Assembly: GCA_963771465.1 (NCBI GenBank)
Contig: CAVYTU010000015.1
Span: forward strand, 1,088,001 to 1,152,000
From: an uncultured delta proteobacterium
GTDB taxonomy: Bacteria > Desulfobacterota > Binatia > UBA9968
DNA: 64,000 bases
Reading direction: 5' to 3'
The notes under the pieces: generated by a model
Database searches by the model: none
Seen by the model: only the letters and a program-made list of their open reading frames with translations
Told to the model about the DNA's origin: nothing
Shown here: piece by piece, positions 10,056 to 19,387 of the stretch
How the letters are laid out: each line of letters opens with the position of its first letter
How positions within the stretch are numbered: the first letter of the stretch is position 1
Made by a program: the position numbers and the translations under genes

Positions 10056-12039
10056 GTCGATCTCCCGTGAAGCTTGGCACGCTTCCCCGAGCAAGCTGTT
10101 TCTGCGCTTCTTCCTCCGTCATGGCTTCTACCTCGCATAGCATCCGCGTCAACTCTGCGTTACTTGCCTGCCTCAATTTGTTCTGCGTGATAATTGCTGC
10201 CATCCAGGCGACTGTAGGTGCATCGAAGAGCGCCTTAACCGGTAGCTCCAGCTGAAATGTTTGGATTACCCTAGCGATCACCCGGGAAGCTGCCAGCGAA
10301 TGACCGCCAAGATCGAAGAAGTTGTCATGGATGCCGATGGGACGGATATCCAAGATTTCTTCCCACACTGCTACTAGCTGCTGTTCAGCTGCATTAGTGG
10401 CCAAGACGTACGCATTGCCGAGGTTAGGGCGTACGCGTTCGGGCCGCGGCAGTGAGCGCCGGTCAAGCTTGCCGTTCGTTTGGGGAAGAGCATCTAGGAA
10501 TTGGAAAGTGGAGGGAATCGCGGATGCTGGGAGCTTATTTCTCAGGAAGTTTGCGATTTCACGCACGGTGAGAACGAAATGTTTTCGAGGAACAACATAG
10601 GCAATAAGTTGCTTCTCACCGTCAACTCTATCCCAGGGAACAACAGCGGTATCCATTACACCGGGATGCTCCATTAACGTCATTTCAATCTCGACGACTG
10701 AAACTCGAAAGCCGCGAATTTTGACGACGAAGTCCTTACGACCAACGTGAATCAAAAAACCGTCACGCGTCGTTCGCCCGAGATCGCCGGTAAGGTAAAT
10801 TGGGGCGCTTGTATTCTTCAAATCCTGAGTTGTCCCGGTTTGCAGTGGAAAAGGAAGGTTCAGATATCGACTCCGAACTGCGATTTCTCCAACCTGCCCC
10901 GCTTCCACTTCATTGCCAATCTCGTCGACTATAAGCACCTCTCTCCCGGGACGGGGATAGCCAACCGGAACGCCACTATCCGGAAGCCTGAAATCCCGGT
11001 CGACAATAAAAGACGAAAATGTATGTGTTTCCGTGGAGCCTATAGAAATCTCGAAGACCGTTGTGGCCGGAAAATGCGCTCTATAAAGGTCTATTTCCAA
11101 CTTGGATACGGGCGCTCCCGATAGATTGATCAAACGTAGCGTGGAAAGATCTATGTCGTCCGAGAGTGATTGCGCGAGCTGGCGAAAAACCAACGGAGTA
11201 GAATGAAAGGCAGTGATTTGCTCTTCATGTAACCATGGCGCAATCCGTATTACTCCCTCTGACTTAATGTCGAAAGGATGGATAGATGCTCCGTTCAGTA
11301 GGGACTGGTAAAGGTTTACGTGTGACGATCCAAAACCAATGCAGTGAAATAGGGTGAGCTTGTCGTCCGCGCGGATGCGATTCACATGACCGTGAACTAT
11401 ACCATTGAAAACAATATTCCTATGCGGACAAACGACACCCTTCGGTTTCCCAGTCGAACCTGATGTATACAGCAGGCATGCCAAGTCCTGTGCGGTCACC
11501 CCGAGATTGAGATTCTCGGAAGGTGTTGATTGAGCGATTTCGTCGATATTCAGCAAAGAAGTCGCATTTAGGACCGTGTCATTCGCCAGCTCCCAATTGT
11601 GGCAATTCGACACGACCATGCCCACGCCAGCGTCCTCTACCATCCGATAATTCTTATCCTGGGGAAACGATGGATCTAATCCTAAGTAGAACTTGCCTGC
11701 CTTCAAAACTCCCAAGATGGCAGGAATCATGTCGATGCCATGTTCAAACAGCAGCGCTATGGGCTCGCTTAGGGCGCCTCGCTTAGCCAAAAGGACGCGT
11801 GCGACGCGGTTGGCAGCACTGTTCAGTTGATCGTAGGTTAACGATCGGTTTTTGTCCTTGACGGCCAATCGGTCCGGATACATGCGCACGATCTTTTCAA
11901 ACCGCGTCGGAATCGATTGCTCAACGTTCTCGATCGGAAACTCGACGAATGCCTCCGACAGATGAGAATACTTGTCCCGGATCACCTGCTGCCCCGGCGA
12001 AAGTTTGAAGCTATGATTGACGGTATCGCTCATATCCAT
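10048..12039 (-). CDS. Stand-alone non-canonical A-T didomain
   Basis: YTSGSTGKPKG, A4 GFGSS (no Asp), GSTET, YLTGD, NGKLDR, GGHSL. Start at 12039 or 12033. Confidence 0.9.
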   Translation of the reverse strand: MDMSDTVNHSFKLSPGQQVIRDKYSHLSEAFVEFPIENVEQSIPTRFEKIVRMYPDRLAVKDKNRSLTYDQLNSAANRVARVLLAKRGALSEPIALLFEHGIDMIPAILGVLKAGKFYLGLDPSFPQDKNYRMVEDAGVGMVVSNCHNWELANDTVLNATSLLNIDEIAQSTPSENLNLGVTAQDLACLLYTSGSTGKPKGVVCPHRNIVFNGIVHGHVNRIRADDKLTLFHCIGFGSSHVNLYQSLLNGASIHPFDIKSEGVIRIAPWLHEEQITAFHSTPLVFRQLAQSLSDDIDLSTLRLINLSGAPVSKLEIDLYRAHFPATTVFEISIGSTETHTFSSFIVDRDFRLPDSGVPVGYPRPGREVLIVDEIGNEVEAGQVGEIAVRSRYLNLPFPLQTGTTQDLKNTSAPIYLTGDLGRTTRDGFLIHVGRKDFVVKIRGFRVSVVEIEMTLMEHPGVMDTAVVPWDRVDGEKQLIAYVVPRKHFVLTVREIANFLRNKLPASAIPSTFQFLDALPQTNGKLDRRSLPRPERVRPNLGNAYVLATNAAEQQLVAVWEEILDIRPIGIHDNFFDLGGHSLAASRVIARVIQTFQLELPVKALFDAPTVAWMAAIITQNKLRQASNAELTRMLCEVEAMTEEEAQKQLARGSVPSFTGDRHE

Positions 12040-12046
12040 CTGGCGT

Positions 12047-14035
12047 TTAGCTTCGCTCGCTTTTCCCAGCAAGCTGTTTCTGCGCTTCCTCCTCGGTCAT
12101 CGCCTCCACCTCACTTAACATGCGATTGAGCGCGTCTTCGCTTGCCTGCTTGGTTTCGTTCTGCATGATGATGGCCGCCATCTCAGCTACCGTCGGCGAT
12201 TCGAAGAGCGCTTTGATCGGCAGCTCAAATCGGAATTGTCTAATGACTTGAGAAACCACCCTTGTCGCAATCAGAGAATGTCCGCCTAGGTCGAAGAAAT
12301 TGTCGTGGATGCCCACACAATCTAGACCAAGGGCCTCCGCCCAAATCCGCTCTAACATTCGCTCATTGAGACTGCCTGGAGCGACATAGGGTTCGGCGAG
12401 CTGCGGTCGCTTCAACTCCGGCACCGGCAACCTCGCACGGTCGACCTTGCCATTCACGAGCGGTAACGAATCCAGAAAAACGTAATTTGATGGGATCATG
12501 TAGTCCGGTATTCTAGTTCTAAGGAATTTATTGATTTCATTGACGGTCGGTGACGGTGAGACATGGGGTACAAGGTACCCAACAAGGGACATCTCACCCC
12601 GCCCTAGATCCCGCGCCACCACTGCAGCATTTTTAACTTTAGCGAATTCGGCTAGTGCGCTTTCAGCTTCGCCAATATTCACACGGTATCCCCGTATCTT
12701 GACCATGTGATCTTTACGACCAAGATGAATCATGAAACCATCAGGCAATATACGGCCAAGATCGCCGGTCATATGGGTTCGCTCTGCGCCACCAGCCGGA
12801 TCAGGAAAATGCCTGTCACGCTCAGGTTGTGACCGTCTCCAGTAGCCTCGTGGCATATATCGGCTCTTAACTACGATCTCACCGACCTCGCCACGCCCTA
12901 CTTCCTTGCCAGCATCGTCGAGTAGGACAACATGTTTGTCTGGTGCTGGATACCCCAGCAAGGTGCCTTCATTGGGAAATTTGAACTTCGCATCGACAAC
13001 GGCGGTACTAATTACCAGTGTCTCGGTTGATCCCATATGTAGTCCTAAAAAACTATCGGACGCGAAAACTTGCCGGTAAAGCTCGAAGTGCTTACGAGTT
13101 ATGGGTGAACCCGATAGATGTACAATCCGAAGATCTGGAAATGAGCCATCATGGGTAAGCAGGTTTGCGAGTTCGCTAAAGACTGCCACGGATAGATGGC
13201 ATACCGTAATCTTCTCTTCTCGAAGCCAACTCGCCAACCGCTTAATCCCATCGGATCTAAGGTCGAAGGGGAATAGCGCCGCGCCGTTCAAAAGCGAGCC
13301 ATACAAATGGATCTCGCCCGATGCGAAACTAACGGAATGTACTAGACTCAATCGATCAGCAGCAGAGATATGGTTTTGACCATTCGTGAAAACCATGACG
13401 TTGTGAAGACGGCAGCGATGCGTTTCGATGACACCTTTGGGGTTACCTGTCGAACCAGAAGTGTAAGTTATCGTTGACAGATCATCAGGCGACACGGCTA
13501 TCTTCGGCTCTTCGAACGGCAATGAGTTGGGCAATTCGTCGATGTTGAGTGTTGCGCGGGTATTGCCGCGCAGTTGCCGAACTAAATATGACTTGCGCTC
13601 ATGGGTCACTATCCATCTGCATTCCGTCTCGTCAAGAATGTATGCGAGTCTTTGAAGCGGAGCCGACGGATCGAGAGCGATGTAAAATTTGCCAGCTTTC
13701 AAAACTCCGAGGATAGCGCAGACGACCTCGATGTCATGATCAAACAAGAGCGCGATGGGTTCGCTTCTCTTGCCGCAACTTTCCAGAATTGCCCACGCAA
13801 TCCGATTCGCTTCCTTGTTCAGTTGGTCATAGGTAAGCGCTCGATTCCCCTTCTTGATCGCGAGCCGATCCGGATACATTCGCACGATCTTCTCAAACCT
13901 CGCCGGGATCGACGTCTCGACGTCTTCGATCGGAAACTCGACGAACGTTCCCGAGGGATGAAAACACTTATCCCGAATCGCCTGCTGTTCGGGCGGCAGT
14001 TGGAAGCCCTGTCTTTGCGCGTCACTCATAACCAT
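12047..14035 (-). CDS. Stand-alone non-canonical A-T didomain
   Basis: YTSGSTGNPKG, A4 SFASG (no Asp), GSTET, MTGD, NGKVDR, GGHSL. Confidence 0.92.
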   Translation of the reverse strand: MVMSDAQRQGFQLPPEQQAIRDKCFHPSGTFVEFPIEDVETSIPARFEKIVRMYPDRLAIKKGNRALTYDQLNKEANRIAWAILESCGKRSEPIALLFDHDIEVVCAILGVLKAGKFYIALDPSAPLQRLAYILDETECRWIVTHERKSYLVRQLRGNTRATLNIDELPNSLPFEEPKIAVSPDDLSTITYTSGSTGNPKGVIETHRCRLHNVMVFTNGQNHISAADRLSLVHSVSFASGEIHLYGSLLNGAALFPFDLRSDGIKRLASWLREEKITVCHLSVAVFSELANLLTHDGSFPDLRIVHLSGSPITRKHFELYRQVFASDSFLGLHMGSTETLVISTAVVDAKFKFPNEGTLLGYPAPDKHVVLLDDAGKEVGRGEVGEIVVKSRYMPRGYWRRSQPERDRHFPDPAGGAERTHMTGDLGRILPDGFMIHLGRKDHMVKIRGYRVNIGEAESALAEFAKVKNAAVVARDLGRGEMSLVGYLVPHVSPSPTVNEINKFLRTRIPDYMIPSNYVFLDSLPLVNGKVDRARLPVPELKRPQLAEPYVAPGSLNERMLERIWAEALGLDCVGIHDNFFDLGGHSLIATRVVSQVIRQFRFELPIKALFESPTVAEMAAIIMQNETKQASEDALNRMLSEVEAMTEEEAQKQLAGKSERS

Positions 14036-14048
14036 CTCTGTTGCGTCA

Positions 14049-17000
14049 TCACGTCGTTAGCATTTTCTGCGCGTCTTCCTCCGTCGTCGCTTCTACCTCC
14101 CCCAGCAGCTGCGCTAGCTCGGCCTCGCTTGCCTGCTTCCATTGGCTCTGCGTGATTACATCCGCCATCTCGGCTACCGTCGGCGACTCGAACATGTGGC
14201 GGAGCGGCAGGTCGATGGAAAATGCACTGCGTATTCGCGACATGACTTGCGTGCCTAGTAACGAATGTCCTCCCACGTCGAAGAAGTTGTCGTAAATGCC
14301 GACCTTGTCGAGCTTGAGCACTTTGCCCCATATAGTAACGAGCGTTTCCTCGGTCGGTGTGCGCGGTGGCTGGTATACATTCGCCAATTGTAGTCCGTTT
14401 TGATCCGGCGCCGGTAGGGCTCGGCGGTCTACTTTGCCGCTTGGTGTCAACGGCAATTCATCCAATAACACCAAGGCGGCGGGAATCAGGTACTCAGGGA
14501 GTTTGTGCTTGAGATATTGTCTCACTTCAGCAGCGTCGAAGGTCTCTTTCAGACGCGCGACCACATAGCCCACCAGCCGCTTGTCTCCGGGCTCATCTTC
14601 TCGCACCACCACCACTGAACTCTGTACCATTGGGTGTTGAACGAGCACGGCTTCGATCTCGCCCAACTCGATACGATATCCTCGAATCTTGACCTGATCA
14701 TCCATGCGCCCGATAAACTCGATGTTGCCGTCGGGCAAGTATCGAGCGAGATCGCCGGTCTTGTATAAACGCCGAGCCGGCTCTCCTTCGAAGGAACGAT
14801 AAATGAACTTCTCTGCCATCAACTCCGGCTGGTTTAAATATCCCCGGGCTAAGCCCAATCCTCCTATGTGGATCTCTCCCACTACGCCGATGGGAACTGG
14901 CGCCAAGTACTGATCGAGTATATAAACCTGCGTGTTGGCAATCGGCCGGCCGATCGGCACGACTGTACGATCCCTATCCCCTCTGCACTTCCAGGCCGTA
15001 ACGTCGATGGAAGCCTCCGTCGGCCCATATAAATTATGAAGCGGTGCGCCGATGCGCTCAAAGAACAATTGCTGCAATTCGTAGGACAATGCCTCACCGC
15101 TACAAAACACTCGCTTCAGACTTGGGCAATTCTCGACGCCGGCTTCCTGCAAAAACACCCCGAGCATCGAGGGAACGAAATGCATCGTGGTAATCCGCTT
15201 TGACTGAATAACCTGGAGAAGATAGGCGCTATCTCGATGACCGCCCGGTCGAGCGATGACAAGAGTGGCGCCACTGATTAGCGGCCAGAAAAACTCCCAG
15301 ACCGATACGTCGAATGTGAATGGAGTCTTCTGTAAGACTCGATCCGCTGCGGTGAGCTGATAGCTCTCCTGCATCCACTGTAAACGATTGCGCAACCCGC
15401 CATGAACATTGATCACTCCCTTGGGCGTGCCAGTCGAGCCCGAGGTATAGATCGTGTAAGCAGCGGTTTCCCCGTCCACTTGGCTCTTGGGATTCTCTTG
15501 GCTCTCTCGCGAAAGTTCTTCCCAAGCGCTGTCCAAACAAATCCTTTGATCGACAAACTCTTCTAGATATGAGCTGAACCTTTCTTGGGTCAGTATCAGC
15601 GGGGTTTGCGTGTCCTGGAGCATGAACTTCAGCCGATCGGTTGGCGTGTCTGGATCGATTGGCACATAGGCGCCGCCTGCCTTCAGGACGCCGAGGATGG
15701 CGATCACCATCTCCAATGATCGCTCCATGAACACCGCAATTAGAGCTTCTGCTCTCACTCCCCGCTCGCCTAGATAGTGAGCTAATTGATTGGCTTTTTG
15801 ATTGAGCTCTCGGTAGGTCATCTGCTGGTCTTCATAAACAACCGCCACCGCTTCTGGAGTGCGCTCCACCTGCTCTTCAAATAACTCATGAATGCTCTGG
15901 TCTTTTGGATACTCTGCTCTCGTGTCGTTCCACTTCACCAAAAGCTGATGCTTCTCGGCATCATTGAGCAACGGTAGTTTGCTAATCCGCTGCTCTGGAT
16001 TGGCCACAATCCCTTCTAGCAACCTCTCAAAATGTCCGAACATCCGCTCGATCGTCGCGGCTTCGAAAAGTTCCCTTCGGTACTCGATGCGCACCGTCAT
16101 CTCGCGCTCGTGTTCGATAAATGCCGCGGCGAGATCGAATTTTGCAGTGGAAGAATTGATTTCGACAGGAGTCACTTTTAGTTCTGGTATATCGAGATTG
16201 GATTGTGGAACATTCTGAACTGCTAAACTAACTTGAAATAGCGGCGTCTGGCTCTGACTGCGCTCAGGATTGAGTTCCTCGACGAGTTTCTCAAAAGGCA
16301 AGTCTTGGTGCTCATAGGCCTGTAACGCAGTAATTCGCACGCGAGACAAAAGTTCTTTAAACGTCGGATCGCCGGAAAGTTTGGTACGCAGCACTAACGT
16401 GTTGACGAAGAATCCGATCAGTCCTTCCGTTTCCGTTCGCGTCCGCCCGGCGATCGGCGAACCAACAGCAATATCGTCTTGGCCGGTGTAGCGATGGAGC
16501 AAGACTTGGAACGCCGCGAGCAACGTCATGAACAGAGTTGCGCCCTGTTGACTGCTTAGCGCCTTTAACCGATCGATGAGAGTTTTGGGCAGCGTGAGAG
16601 TCTTTTTCGCGCCAGAATCTTTCGCCAACCCTCCACGAGGTCGGTCCGTCGGCAAGTTGAGAGTTGGAACATCTTCCAGTTGCCCTTTCCAATAGGCGAG
16701 CTGTTTCTCCAATACTTCGCCCTGCAGCCATTCCCGCTGCCACACCGCGTAGTCAGCGTATTGAACCGGCAGTCCGGAAAGCGGGTTGGGCCGACCTTGG
16801 CTAACCGAGTTGTAGAGACTGGCGAGCTCACGGGAAAAAACGCCCCTTGACCAACCATCGGACGCGATATGATGTATGACCGCAACTAGAACATGCGAAA
16901 TCGGGCTCAATCTGATCAGCGCCAACCGAAGCGGCAAATCATTGATTAGGTCGAAGGGCCGCGTTTTGAGTTCCAACGCGAGGCGTTGGACTTGGACGTC

Positions 17001-17414
17001 TTGTTGCGTTCTTGTGACTTCGCTGATGTCGAGCACAGGTACGTCGACAGCTCGTACGGCCATCAGAATCTGCACTGGAACGCCATTGTCGGCCAATGCG
17101 TATGTCGTGCGCAGCACTTCATGCCGTTCTGCGATTGTATTCAGAGCGCCTTGAAGTGCGTTGATATTTAACTCACCGTCCAGGCGTAGCGCCGAGGCTT
17201 CATTGTAGGTGCAACTTTCCGGTTCCAGTTGATTCAGAAACCAGAGCCGCTGCTGGGCGAAGGAAAGCGGTATAGCAGCATGTGTGCTGCGCCGTGGAAT
17301 CGTCACACCCGTTGTGCGTTCAGTCCGTTTCTGCTGCAACTTCAGTTCAAGCCACTCGCGTTTCGCAGGGGACAGACTGGCTAAGCGAACACTTAAATCT
17401 TCGCTATGCGTCAC
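14049..17414 (-). CDS. NRPS module C-A-T, predicted Ser-activating
   Basis: N-terminal LASLSPAKREWLELKL docking peptide; HHIASDGWS; FDVSVWE; pocket DVWHFSLIDK, the established Ser signature; GGHSL. Confidence 0.94.
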   Translation of the reverse strand: MTHSEDLSVRLASLSPAKREWLELKLQQKRTERTTGVTIPRRSTHAAIPLSFAQQRLWFLNQLEPESCTYNEASALRLDGELNINALQGALNTIAERHEVLRTTYALADNGVPVQILMAVRAVDVPVLDISEVTRTQQDVQVQRLALELKTRPFDLINDLPLRLALIRLSPISHVLVAVIHHIASDGWSRGVFSRELASLYNSVSQGRPNPLSGLPVQYADYAVWQREWLQGEVLEKQLAYWKGQLEDVPTLNLPTDRPRGGLAKDSGAKKTLTLPKTLIDRLKALSSQQGATLFMTLLAAFQVLLHRYTGQDDIAVGSPIAGRTRTETEGLIGFFVNTLVLRTKLSGDPTFKELLSRVRITALQAYEHQDLPFEKLVEELNPERSQSQTPLFQVSLAVQNVPQSNLDIPELKVTPVEINSSTAKFDLAAAFIEHEREMTVRIEYRRELFEAATIERMFGHFERLLEGIVANPEQRISKLPLLNDAEKHQLLVKWNDTRAEYPKDQSIHELFEEQVERTPEAVAVVYEDQQMTYRELNQKANQLAHYLGERGVRAEALIAVFMERSLEMVIAILGVLKAGGAYVPIDPDTPTDRLKFMLQDTQTPLILTQERFSSYLEEFVDQRICLDSAWEELSRESQENPKSQVDGETAAYTIYTSGSTGTPKGVINVHGGLRNRLQWMQESYQLTAADRVLQKTPFTFDVSVWEFFWPLISGATLVIARPGGHRDSAYLLQVIQSKRITTMHFVPSMLGVFLQEAGVENCPSLKRVFCSGEALSYELQQLFFERIGAPLHNLYGPTEASIDVTAWKCRGDRDRTVVPIGRPIANTQVYILDQYLAPVPIGVVGEIHIGGLGLARGYLNQPELMAEKFIYRSFEGEPARRLYKTGDLARYLPDGNIEFIGRMDDQVKIRGYRIELGEIEAVLVQHPMVQSSVVVVREDEPGDKRLVGYVVARLKETFDAAEVRQYLKHKLPEYLIPAALVLLDELPLTPSGKVDRRALPAPDQNGLQLANVYQPPRTPTEETLVTIWGKVLKLDKVGIYDNFFDVGGHSLLGTQVMSRIRSAFSIDLPLRHMFESPTVAEMADVITQSQWKQASEAELAQLLGEVEATTEEDAQKMLTT

Positions 17415-19387
17415 GAACTCGTCTCTCCTTTCACATTTTCAAGAACTCTTCGCGCTTCTTCCTCCGTCATCGCCTCGATACCACTCAACATCGTCGCCAG
17501 TTCTGCGTCGCTTGCCCGCTTCGCTTGATTCTGCGTGATGACGGCCGCTATTTGAGCAACCGTCGGTGAATTGAAAAGACCTATGATGGGCACGTCTAGT
17601 TTGAATGTTTGGATCACCCGTGAGATCACTCGCATCGCAGCGAGTGAATGACCGCCGAGGTCGAAAAAGTTGTCCTGGATGCCTACCTGATCGAGAGACA
17701 AAACCTCCCCCCAGATACGGCACAATGCTTCCTCTATGGGAGTTCGCGGCGGGACATAGGGATTGTCCAGTTCAGGCCGGCTGTTGGTCGGCGCGATAAG
17801 AGCATTGCGATCGATTTTGCCGATCCCGATGACCGGCATCTTATCGAGAAATACAAAAGCCGACGGCACCATGTAGTCGGGAAGTTTTACTTTTAGCGCA
17901 GCGCGCAGTGCACTCGTCGTGGGAGTAGGGGGGCTCCGCAAAACAATATAAGCGATCAGGCGCTTGTTACCAAAAACATCGTCTCGCGCCGCCACGGCCG
18001 CTTCCTTAACTGAATCGAGATCCATAAGAGCCATCTCAACTTCAGCGATTTCGACTCTATAGCCGCGGATCTTGACCTGAAAATCTTTGCGCCCTAAATG
18101 CACCAGACAGCCGTCGGCAAGCAGCTCTCCCAAGTCGCCGGTTCGGTAGAGTCGCGATATACCGTCGGGCGAAATAGGAACAAATGCCGCGCTGGTGAGG
18201 TCCGGCCGGCGCCAGTACTGTGGGGACAGATAGCGACTCCTGACAGCGATTTCGCCTGGTTGCCGGAAGCCAACGTCGTTGCCATCCTCATCGAGAACTG
18301 AGACTTCTTTGTCCTTCACAGCGTAGCCAACGGGCATGACGCTGCTCGCGATCTGCGAAGCGTGATCGACCAGATAGCGATTGAGCAGCCCAGTTTCGTT
18401 CGGTCCATACCAGTTAACGAAGATGCAGCGCTCGGGGAAATGCTTTCGGTAAAGTTCGACATCCCTTCGATAGACCGTTTCTCCCATCAATTTTATCAGT
18501 CGCACGTGAGAAAATTGCTCGACTCCGTTGAGCGTGGAGATGAAATCGCGAAAAGCCGATGCGACAGAATTATAAATGGTAATTTTCTCATCGATCAGCC
18601 AACGTGCTAGGTTATTTAGCCCTTCCTGTTTTATCTCGAGAGGATAGACGGTAGCGCCATTCAATACGGCGCGAAACATGTCGCGTCCTTGGGAAGCGAG
18701 AAATGTCAACCGATCTTCGGCACAGATGTGTAGATCGTTTGTCTCGGTCATGATGTAGTGCAAAAAGTTGCGATGATTTTCCACGATACCCTTGGGCTCG
18801 CCAGTCGAACCTGAGGTATAGAGGATAAAGGCAAAGTCATCGGGCGTGGATGAAACCGTAGGTGCCACATCATCGAGACTGGAATTCAAGTGATCGATAT
18901 TGAGGATAGAGAGTGTCGGGGCCAGCTCCGCGGCCTGCGAGCAAAATTCCTCGTCCACCACGATCAGCCCGGTTTGAGAATCGCCCAACATATAGCGTAG
19001 TCGCGCATGGGGTAGTGTTGGGTCTAAGAACACGAACATCTTTCCGGCCTTCAAGACACCGAGAATTGCGACCACAAGCGAAGCGCCTTTTGAAAATAGT
19101 AATGCAATAGGTTCCCGTCCGGCTCCTCGTCGAGCTAAAATCGCTTGGGCCACACAGTTGGCTGCGCTGTTCAATTCCAGGTAAGTGAACTGGCGGTTCC
19201 GCGTTTTCACTGCGATTCGATCCGGATACATCCGCACGATCTTTTCAAACCTCGCCGAGATCGATGTCTCGACGTCTTCGATCGGAAACTCGACGAACGT
19301 TCCCGACGGATGAAAACACTTATCCCGAATCGCCTGCTGCTCTGGCGGAAGATTGAAGCCATGATTTAAATAATCGTTCATCTCCAT
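17411..19387 (-). CDS. Stand-alone non-canonical A-T didomain
   Basis: YTSGSTGEPKG, shortened A4 (FLASQGRDM), YGPNET, YRTGD, IGIGKIDR, GGHSL. Start could be 19390, 19387 or 19381. Confidence 0.92.
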   Translation of the reverse strand: MEMNDYLNHGFNLPPEQQAIRDKCFHPSGTFVEFPIEDVETSISARFEKIVRMYPDRIAVKTRNRQFTYLELNSAANCVAQAILARRGAGREPIALLFSKGASLVVAILGVLKAGKMFVFLDPTLPHARLRYMLGDSQTGLIVVDEEFCSQAAELAPTLSILNIDHLNSSLDDVAPTVSSTPDDFAFILYTSGSTGEPKGIVENHRNFLHYIMTETNDLHICAEDRLTFLASQGRDMFRAVLNGATVYPLEIKQEGLNNLARWLIDEKITIYNSVASAFRDFISTLNGVEQFSHVRLIKLMGETVYRRDVELYRKHFPERCIFVNWYGPNETGLLNRYLVDHASQIASSVMPVGYAVKDKEVSVLDEDGNDVGFRQPGEIAVRSRYLSPQYWRRPDLTSAAFVPISPDGISRLYRTGDLGELLADGCLVHLGRKDFQVKIRGYRVEIAEVEMALMDLDSVKEAAVAARDDVFGNKRLIAYIVLRSPPTPTTSALRAALKVKLPDYMVPSAFVFLDKMPVIGIGKIDRNALIAPTNSRPELDNPYVPPRTPIEEALCRIWGEVLSLDQVGIQDNFFDLGGHSLAAMRVISRVIQTFKLDVPIIGLFNSPTVAQIAAVITQNQAKRASDAELATMLSGIEAMTEEEARRVLENVKGETSS

